A DNA stretch of 46,020 nucleotides from an uncultured Rhizobiaceae bacterium (GTDB taxonomy: Bacteria; Pseudomonadota; Alphaproteobacteria; UBA828), in the NCBI GenBank assembly GCA_964624055.1, contig CAZUXZ010000114.1:1-46020 (forward strand), written 5' to 3'. Made by a program: the position numbers and the translations under genes. Shown in pieces: positions 39,852 to 46,020 of this stretch. Below the pieces are notes generated by a model. The model saw only the letters and a list, made by a program, of their open reading frames with translations. It was not told the origin of the DNA and searched no databases. The first letter of the stretch is position 1. Each line of letters starts with the position of its first letter.

Positions 39852-40991
39852 ATGAATAAGAAGCTTTTATTGGGCACGACTGTGCTCGTGGCCGCTGGCA
39901 TCGCCACGACTGGCGTCGCCCAGGCGGAAGAGCCTATCCAGGCAGGTATTAGCGGTTACTTTAGGACTGCTATGGGCTTGATCGACCAGGACGCTGGTGA
40001 TGGCAATTTTGCCGATGGTGCGCAGAGCCATACCCTCGGTACTGACATTGAAATTACTGTCAGTGGTTCTACGACGTTGGATAATGGCATCACCGCTGGT
40101 TTCGGTGCTAACATTGAAGGTAATGGCGCGGCCGCAGGCAGTGCGGCGTTGGACGAGCGCCATATTTACTTCACAGGCGGCATGGGCGATATCAAGATTG
40201 GTCAAATTGAAAGCGCACGCCAATCCTTGACGCAGTTCTCTGCGAGCGGCAATTACAACTTTGGTATTAACTCACCCTTCTTTATCTTTTCCAATCCAGG
40301 CAACAGCGCGGGTTTCTTTAACGTCCGCACCTATGATGACGGAATTGGTGACGAAGATAACCTCAAGTTGGTCTATTTCACACCGACCTTTAATGGGTTC
40401 CGCCTTGGCGTGAGCTATTCGCCTGACGACGGAACGAATGGCCAATATGGTGGTAATGGCGGTGATGCCGCTAGCGGCCTCCAAAACAACAGTTCCATTG
40501 GTGCTGAATACAGCAATAGTTTTGGCGATTTTGGCCTCCGTCTGATGGCGGCAATGGAGCAGTATACTCTGGAGCGTTGCAACGCGTCTGCGGCTACGCA
40601 AACCTGTGAGAACACTCCTACGTCAGAGCAACTTGGTGCCCAGATCACGTTTGGCTCCTTTGCGCTCGGCGGCGGCATGCTGACTACCGAGCAGATCACG
40701 GCGACCACCGCGGGTGCAGGGCGTGAACGTGAAGACTGGGATCTTGGCTTTAGCTACTGGTCAGGTTCCATCGGCGTGGGTGCTGGTGTAGGCGTGGCTG
40801 AGCTGGATCAAACCGATGGTTCGACAGACACGCTTGAATTAGTCGAGGTCAATGCCACGTATGTGTTGGGCCCGGGAATCGATGTTGGTATGTCGGTACG
40901 CCAAGGCGAATTCAATGACGCCTCAGGTGCTCCCAGCACCTCTGACAATGATTTCACTGAAATCGGGATTAGCGCGGCGCTCAGTTTCTAA
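39852..40991 (+). CDS. Outer-membrane porin (alphaproteobacterial type)
   Basis: Start ATG 39852 after GGAGGAGG; signal peptide MNKKLLLGTT...AQA; GSTTLDNG, YFTPTFNGFRLGVSYSP, YVLGPG; C-terminal Phe. Confidence 0.92.
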   Translation: MNKKLLLGTTVLVAAGIATTGVAQAEEPIQAGISGYFRTAMGLIDQDAGDGNFADGAQSHTLGTDIEITVSGSTTLDNGITAGFGANIEGNGAAAGSAALDERHIYFTGGMGDIKIGQIESARQSLTQFSASGNYNFGINSPFFIFSNPGNSAGFFNVRTYDDGIGDEDNLKLVYFTPTFNGFRLGVSYSPDDGTNGQYGGNGGDAASGLQNNSSIGAEYSNSFGDFGLRLMAAMEQYTLERCNASAATQTCENTPTSEQLGAQITFGSFALGGGMLTTEQITATTAGAGREREDWDLGFSYWSGSIGVGAGVGVAELDQTDGSTDTLELVEVNATYVLGPGIDVGMSVRQGEFNDASGAPSTSDNDFTEIGISAALSF

Positions 40992-41014
40992 ACAGTCGCA
41001 CCTATTTTGAATTT

Positions 41015-41046
41015 TGGGGTCGGCCTTGTGCCGCCCCCATTTTTTT
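41015..41046 (+). terminator. Rho-independent terminator after the porin
   Basis: TGGGGTCGGC-CTTGT-GCCGCCCCCA stem (one mismatch) followed by T7. Confidence 0.8.
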
Positions 41047-41130
41047 GGATAGGGGCGCCTAAGATATGAAGATACCGTCCATAAGGCAAAATATTGGCTT
41101 CACGCCGATTGCCGACGATGGAAAGGAAAA

Positions 41131-41943
41131 ATGGGAAATATCATTTGGCTTGCTTCCTACCCGAGATCAGGCAACATCTGGCTGCAGACCTTTCTTTATT
41201 GCTTGATCCATAACGCCCATTTCCCGCCGAGCCTAGATGCGCTCGCTGCGTTTTGTACGCCGGAAAATTCCGCTCTTCATTTCTTGTCGCTCGACTCTCG
41301 GCCGCTCGGTGAGTGGTCGCGCGAAGAAACCGCATCACATCGCGCTGTCGCACAAACAGCAATCGCTAATTTGCGCGACGAAAATGTATTTTCTAACACA
41401 CACGCAGCGCTAATGATGAGCCATGGCGCTGCGACCATCGAGATGGCGCAAACCGCTGGAGCTATATATCTTGTGCGCAACCCGCTCGATATTGTTTTAT
41501 CTCTTGCGGCCGATCAGAGCATGACTATCGATGAGGCGATCATCCGGCTCGAAACGGAGCATGAGACCGAAAACAGTGATCGGTTCGCCTATGAATGTCA
41601 GGGCAGTTGGTCGAGCAATGTTCTCAGTTGGACACACCAGAGTCATGCTGGCCTACATATCCTAAGATTTGAAGATATGCTAGATGTGCCGGAGAAGGCG
41701 TTTGGTCCATTGGCGCCATATCTCGGTTTAGATTCCTCGCCGGAACGAATTTCTCGGGCCATTCACTTTTCATCGTTCTCCAATTTTGCTCCGAAAGCTG
41801 CCGAAGGTGGCTACATCAATTTGGTGCGCGTTGGTAAATCGGATCAATGGCGTGATGTTCTAAAACACGAACAGATCAACCGCATTATACGCCAACATGC
41901 CAAACAGATGGAACGTTTCGGTTATATTCCCGATGATTATTAG
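41131..41943 (+). CDS. PAPS-dependent sulfotransferase-family protein (diverged motifs)
   Basis: WLASYPRSGNIWL (5'-PSB-like), YLVRNPLD (3'-PB), ILRFED, RVGKSDQW. Confidence 0.85.
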   Translation: MGNIIWLASYPRSGNIWLQTFLYCLIHNAHFPPSLDALAAFCTPENSALHFLSLDSRPLGEWSREETASHRAVAQTAIANLRDENVFSNTHAALMMSHGAATIEMAQTAGAIYLVRNPLDIVLSLAADQSMTIDEAIIRLETEHETENSDRFAYECQGSWSSNVLSWTHQSHAGLHILRFEDMLDVPEKAFGPLAPYLGLDSSPERISRAIHFSSFSNFAPKAAEGGYINLVRVGKSDQWRDVLKHEQINRIIRQHAKQMERFGYIPDDY

Positions 41944-41964
41944 ACCAGTTAAGCCTGAAGTTTC

Positions 41965-44568
41965 ATGAACAGAAATAAACGTAGAAGCCATCAGGCGGAA
42001 ACTCGAAAGGGCCCGCCGGGCAGTATGAATCCCGAATTTCGCGATATGATGCAAAACGCTCTGGCGCTGCTCCGCGATGGCCGGATTGATCAAGCGATAG
42101 CTGCATATGACGCGGTTTTGGCGCGCGAGCCAAGCTATCCCGATGCTTTGCAGTATATGGGTGTCGCAAAAATGCAGAGCGGTCAAACCGAGGAGGCTGT
42201 TGATCTGTTGCGTCGCGCGGTCGTTGCTCAACCCAAAAACAGCCAGGCCCACTATAATCTCGGTCTGGCTTTGCGTGAGACAGGTCGCGACGCTAAGGCC
42301 CTTGCAGCGTTTCGCCGTGCCATTGCAGCAGCACCTGCAAATTTCGAGGCGCATACCGCTTTCGCCGGCATGCTGATGGAGACGTTCAGCAAATTTGACA
42401 CGGCGGAAGCGCATCTTCGCAGCGCTCTCAAAGCCAATCCAAACTACGGACCTGCGCGCAACAATCTTGCTTTGCTTCTCGACGCGCGTGGTCGATTGGA
42501 GGATGCTGCTACGGAAGCACATGAGGCGGCTCGGCTATCGCCGAGCCACGCACCAACGCTGATTACGCTGGGCTCAATCTTGCTGAAGTTGGGTAATGCG
42601 GAGGAGGCTGCACGAGTCCTCCGAGACGCGGTGAGGCTTTCACCGGAGGATTCGAACGCCCGAGCGAATTTGGGCGTTGCGCTGAAGTTTGTCGGCGCTC
42701 CGTCCGATGCCGAGGCTGAACTTAAGCGTGCTCTGGAATTGGATCCCGAGAATTTCAAGAGCGTTAACGGCTTGGCATTGCTTTACAGTGATGGAGGTCG
42801 GCTTGAGGAGGCAGAATCACTGCTGGTGCGCGCAGTGAGCCTAAAGCCTGACGATGCTGCACTACATGCGAATCTTGGTCTTATCTACCGGCGTCGCGAA
42901 AAATGGGGCGAATCAATTACAAGCTATCGCCGGGCTCTTGATTTGGATGGCGCTAATTTGAAGCGTGCCCAGGAATTTGTTGACAGCCTTAGCGGCGCAC
43001 ATTTTCTGCAGGCGAATCACCAACTATGGACGGACCTGGAGCGTGGTCTCGAAATTGATGGTATCAATCATGATTCGCTCAGCGCACCGGCGGCGCGTAT
43101 GTTTCGAAATTCTCACCAGGTGGCGACCCTCATTGATGCGGTTAGTCGGGGTGATTTCGAGCTGAGCGCGATGGATGTGCAGAAGGGAGAGGCGTTGGCG
43201 CCGCTCACGACGCCTTTCGCAAACTTGCTCTTGAGACGGTTTGTTATCCCTGATGTCATGTTGGAGGAGCTATTTGCCAACATTCGCCGAAGCTTACTAA
43301 ATTTAGCGGTGAACGGGCGTCTGCCGGAAAAGATGAAGAAGCAGACACTTGATTTTGTCTGCGCTTTAGCCTGGCAGTGTTACCTCAACGAATATGTCTA
43401 TTCGGAAAGCGCTGAAGAATCAGACGAGGCCGCGTCGTTACAGCAACAGATTGATGAGCGCCTGCAGCAACCCGCAGAGCGACCGCCGCGTGCCGCTGTC
43501 GCAGTGCTAGCGTGCTACCGCTCGCTGGACGAGCTGGCGACGCGCGAAATATTACAAGCTGATGGGTTGGCGACGCGCGATGATGCTTTCGGACGATTGA
43601 TCACACAGCAAATTCGCAACCCCTCGGCAGAGCGGGTGCTTATGAAAAGTCTTTCTGAACTTGGCGGAAGCATTGATACGACATCGAAAAAGGTCCGCCA
43701 GCAGTATGAGGTAAATCCTTACCCGCGCTGGATAAGCGTCTCTCAACCTAAGCCGACGCCTCTACGAGCGCTGCTCAGCGACCTCTTTCCTCATGCGGAT
43801 CTTTCCCGTTTGAGACTGTCGGCTGAGCCTGAACTATTGGTCGCAGGCTGCGGCACTGGTGCACATGCCATAGATGCCACGCTACGCTATCGCAATGCGC
43901 ACGTGTTAGCTATCGACCTTAGTCGAGCGAGTTTGGCCTACGGTAAGCGTCAGGCCGAGGCGCTCGGTATAGAGGGTATAACATGGGCGCATGGTGACAT
44001 CCTGGCGCTCTCTAAAGACACTCGTCGTTATGACATGATCGACTGCGCTGGTGTGTTGCATCACATGCATGACCCTATCGCTGGTTGGCGAATCTTGCGC
44101 AACAAGCTTAAGCCCGGTGGAGTGATGAAGGTTGGCCTCTACAGCAAATTAGCGCGTTCTCAATTCGATCGCTTTGGCAGGGACTCTGAGCCGACGGACA
44201 TAACTGTCGAGCGCATCCGTGCGTACCGCCAAGAAATTATCGCGCTGCCTAAAGATGCACCGCTTAAGCGTCTTCTAACGCTACATGACTTCTATACACT
44301 GTCGGAATGCCGAGATCTGCTATTTCACGTTGAAGAACACCGTTTTACCTTGCCCGAAATAGCCCGCTGTCTCGACGAATTGGAACTTGAGTTCATAGGT
44401 TTCGAGATCCGCGAGCGCGCGGAAATCGATCGCTACCGAGCGCGTTTCATAGACGACCCTGGCGCGGCGAGGTTGGACAATTGGCACAAATTTGAGACTG
44501 AGAATCCAGGGATTTTTGTCGCCATGTATCAATTTTGGGCTCAGCCGCGTCACGGGCCGGTGGTGTAA
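41965..44568 (+). CDS. TPR-repeat protein fused to a C-terminal class I SAM-dependent methyltransferase
   Basis: N-terminal ~330 aa of TPR-like repeats (AHYNLGLAL, ARNNLA, ARANLG, LHANLG); QYEVNPYPRW, LVAGCGTG, AIDLSRASL, CAGVLHHM, LKPGG, MYQFW. Confidence 0.9.
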   Translation: MNRNKRRSHQAETRKGPPGSMNPEFRDMMQNALALLRDGRIDQAIAAYDAVLAREPSYPDALQYMGVAKMQSGQTEEAVDLLRRAVVAQPKNSQAHYNLGLALRETGRDAKALAAFRRAIAAAPANFEAHTAFAGMLMETFSKFDTAEAHLRSALKANPNYGPARNNLALLLDARGRLEDAATEAHEAARLSPSHAPTLITLGSILLKLGNAEEAARVLRDAVRLSPEDSNARANLGVALKFVGAPSDAEAELKRALELDPENFKSVNGLALLYSDGGRLEEAESLLVRAVSLKPDDAALHANLGLIYRRREKWGESITSYRRALDLDGANLKRAQEFVDSLSGAHFLQANHQLWTDLERGLEIDGINHDSLSAPAARMFRNSHQVATLIDAVSRGDFELSAMDVQKGEALAPLTTPFANLLLRRFVIPDVMLEELFANIRRSLLNLAVNGRLPEKMKKQTLDFVCALAWQCYLNEYVYSESAEESDEAASLQQQIDERLQQPAERPPRAAVAVLACYRSLDELATREILQADGLATRDDAFGRLITQQIRNPSAERVLMKSLSELGGSIDTTSKKVRQQYEVNPYPRWISVSQPKPTPLRALLSDLFPHADLSRLRLSAEPELLVAGCGTGAHAIDATLRYRNAHVLAIDLSRASLAYGKRQAEALGIEGITWAHGDILALSKDTRRYDMIDCAGVLHHMHDPIAGWRILRNKLKPGGVMKVGLYSKLARSQFDRFGRDSEPTDITVERIRAYRQEIIALPKDAPLKRLLTLHDFYTLSECRDLLFHVEEHRFTLPEIARCLDELELEFIGFEIRERAEIDRYRARFIDDPGAARLDNWHKFETENPGIFVAMYQFWAQPRHGPVV

Positions 44569-44586
44569 GCGGTCGCGAGTGGTTAT

Positions 44587-45423
44587 ATGGGAAACATTGT
44601 CTGGCTCGCCTCCTATCCGAAATCTGGCAACACCTGGCTGCGCGCCTTTTTACTCAATTTGATCACCGACGCTGAAGAACCGGTGGACATCAACAAGATG
44701 GCAGCCCTGACCCAAGGCGATAGCCAAGCCCATTGGTACGCCACATTCGATCCGCGCCCACCGACCGAGCTCAGCATCAAAGACCTTGCACGACTTCGCC
44801 CGAAGGCACACGCTCATATTGCCGCGAGTTCGCCTAATTCAGTTTTTGTTAAAACCCATAATGCTCTGATCGAGTCTGCCGGTACGGCGATGATCACACA
44901 ATCGGAAACCGCCGGTGCGATATATGTCGTGCGCAATCCTCTCGATGTTGCCCTCTCCTACGCTGATCATCTGGGCGTGAAAATGGACGATGTTATTGAT
45001 CTCATGGCGCGGCACGGCTTTGCGATACCGGCCAGCGTTACCCATGTGCCAGAGCATCACAGTGATTGGTCGAGTCATGTCAAAAGCTGGACCGGGACAC
45101 CGCATCCAGCGCTTCATATCGTGCGCTACGAGGATATGGCGTCCAAGCCCGCGCCCACCTTCGGCGCTATCGCACGTTTCCTCGGCATCAATCCAAAGCG
45201 CGACCGGCTGATGCGCGCGGTGCGTTTCTCATCCTTCAAGGTGCTCAAAGCACAGGAGAAGAAAAGCGGTTTCGTTGAGCGTACGCCAGTACAGAAATCC
45301 TTTTTCCGTGCGGGCAAATCCGGCGCCTGGCGTAAGCAGCTCACGGGCGAACAAATCCGCCGCATTCTCGCTAATCACCGCGAGCAGATGGAAAGATTTG
45401 ACTATGTGCCCAAGGGGCATTAA
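44587..45423 (+). CDS. PAPS-dependent sulfotransferase
   Basis: WLASYPKSGNTWLR, FVKTH, YVVRNPLDVALS, VRYEDM, FFRAGKSGAW. Confidence 0.92.
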   Translation: MGNIVWLASYPKSGNTWLRAFLLNLITDAEEPVDINKMAALTQGDSQAHWYATFDPRPPTELSIKDLARLRPKAHAHIAASSPNSVFVKTHNALIESAGTAMITQSETAGAIYVVRNPLDVALSYADHLGVKMDDVIDLMARHGFAIPASVTHVPEHHSDWSSHVKSWTGTPHPALHIVRYEDMASKPAPTFGAIARFLGINPKRDRLMRAVRFSSFKVLKAQEKKSGFVERTPVQKSFFRAGKSGAWRKQLTGEQIRRILANHREQMERFDYVPKGH

Positions 45424-45479
45424 TAAAGCGCCAGAAGTTCGGGTAATTATTTAAATACCAAATAAATTATGTGAATAAA

Positions 45480-46020
45480 ATGCTAGATAACCTGGAAACC
45501 CTTGAAAACCAAAGCATTTATATTATCCGTGAGGCTTATAACCGATTCGAGAAGCTGGGCATGCTGTGGTCGCTAGGCAAGGATTCTAACGTCATGCTGT
45601 GGCTAGCCCGCAAGGCGTTTTTCGGCCGTGTACCGTTTCCAGTTGTGCATGTCGATACCGAGAAGAAATTTGCCGAGATGTACGAATTCCGAGACCTCTA
45701 CGCCAAGGAATGGGGGCTAAATCTGATTGTTGGCACCTGCCCACCAATCGAAGAGACCGACGCCACCCTTCCACCAGCTGCGCGCGCGGCGGCGCGTAAG
45801 ACCGAGGGTCTTAAGGCGCTCTTGGCGCGCGAGGACTTCACCGGAATTTTTGCTGGCATCCGCCGCGACGAGGAGAGCACTCGCGCCAAGGAGAGGGTGT
45901 TTAGCCCGCGCGGCGAGGCCGGCGAATGGCATTTCCGCGATCAGCCACCAGAAGTCTGTGACCAGTTCAAGACAGACTTCCCTCCGTGCACCCATATTCG
46001 CATCCATCCCCTGCTTCATT
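45480..46020 (+). CDS. cysD: Sulfate adenylyltransferase subunit 2 (5' part; runs off the right edge)
   Basis: Not in the ORF track. Manual translation from ATG 45480: MLDNLETLENQSIYIIREAY...MLWSLGKDSNVMLWLARKAFF...HVDT...KTEGLK...GIRRDEESTRAKERVFS. Confidence 0.93.
   Translation, partial: MLDNLETLENQSIYIIREAYNRFEKLGMLWSLGKDSNVMLWLARKAFFGRVPFPVVHVDTEKKFAEMYEFRDLYAKEWGLNLIVGTCPPIEETDATLPPAARAAARKTEGLKALLAREDFTGIFAGIRRDEESTRAKERVFSPRGEAGEWHFRDQPPEVCDQFKTDFPPCTHIRIHPLLH

Noticed and set aside
44321-44336. parS-like TATTTCACGTTGAAGA
   Set aside because: The palindrome is broken in the right half; it simply encodes the conserved LFHVEE motif of the methyltransferase.

Overview
Origin-of-replication region of an alphaproteobacterial chromosome (Rhodospirillales-like gene order; taxonomy is inferred). 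Leftward: hemE-hemH-hemJ-rho (rho truncated by the window). Then a ~450 bp intergenic oriC with DnaA-trios and DnaA boxes, followed by PDRP, an unassigned 341-aa antisense gene, maf-aroE-coaE-dnaQ, secB/fxsA, Tim44-mltA-lutABC-smr-ykvA, hslVU and a his operon (hisB, DUF2628, hisH, GNAT, hisA, hisF, hisE, HIT). Next come a tungsten-type aldehyde:ferredoxin oxidoreductase with MoaD, dienelactone hydrolase/ogt/YyaL, DUF6489, a ferredoxin, mnmE-mnmG-rsmG-parA-parB with two parS sites, holA-lptE-leuS, DUF3576 and a porin. The window ends in a sulfation locus (sulfotransferase, TPR-methyltransferase, sulfotransferase, truncated cysD). No rRNA, tRNA, CRISPR or mobile element was recognised. Most notable: hslV has no canonical start codon upstream of its catalytic Thr (probable ATC start); the unassigned gene next to oriC; the AOR lacks electron-transfer partner genes and has a structured leader; and the sulfotransferase/TPR-methyltransferase/PAPS locus. 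All calls come from reading motifs by eye; no database searches were run.
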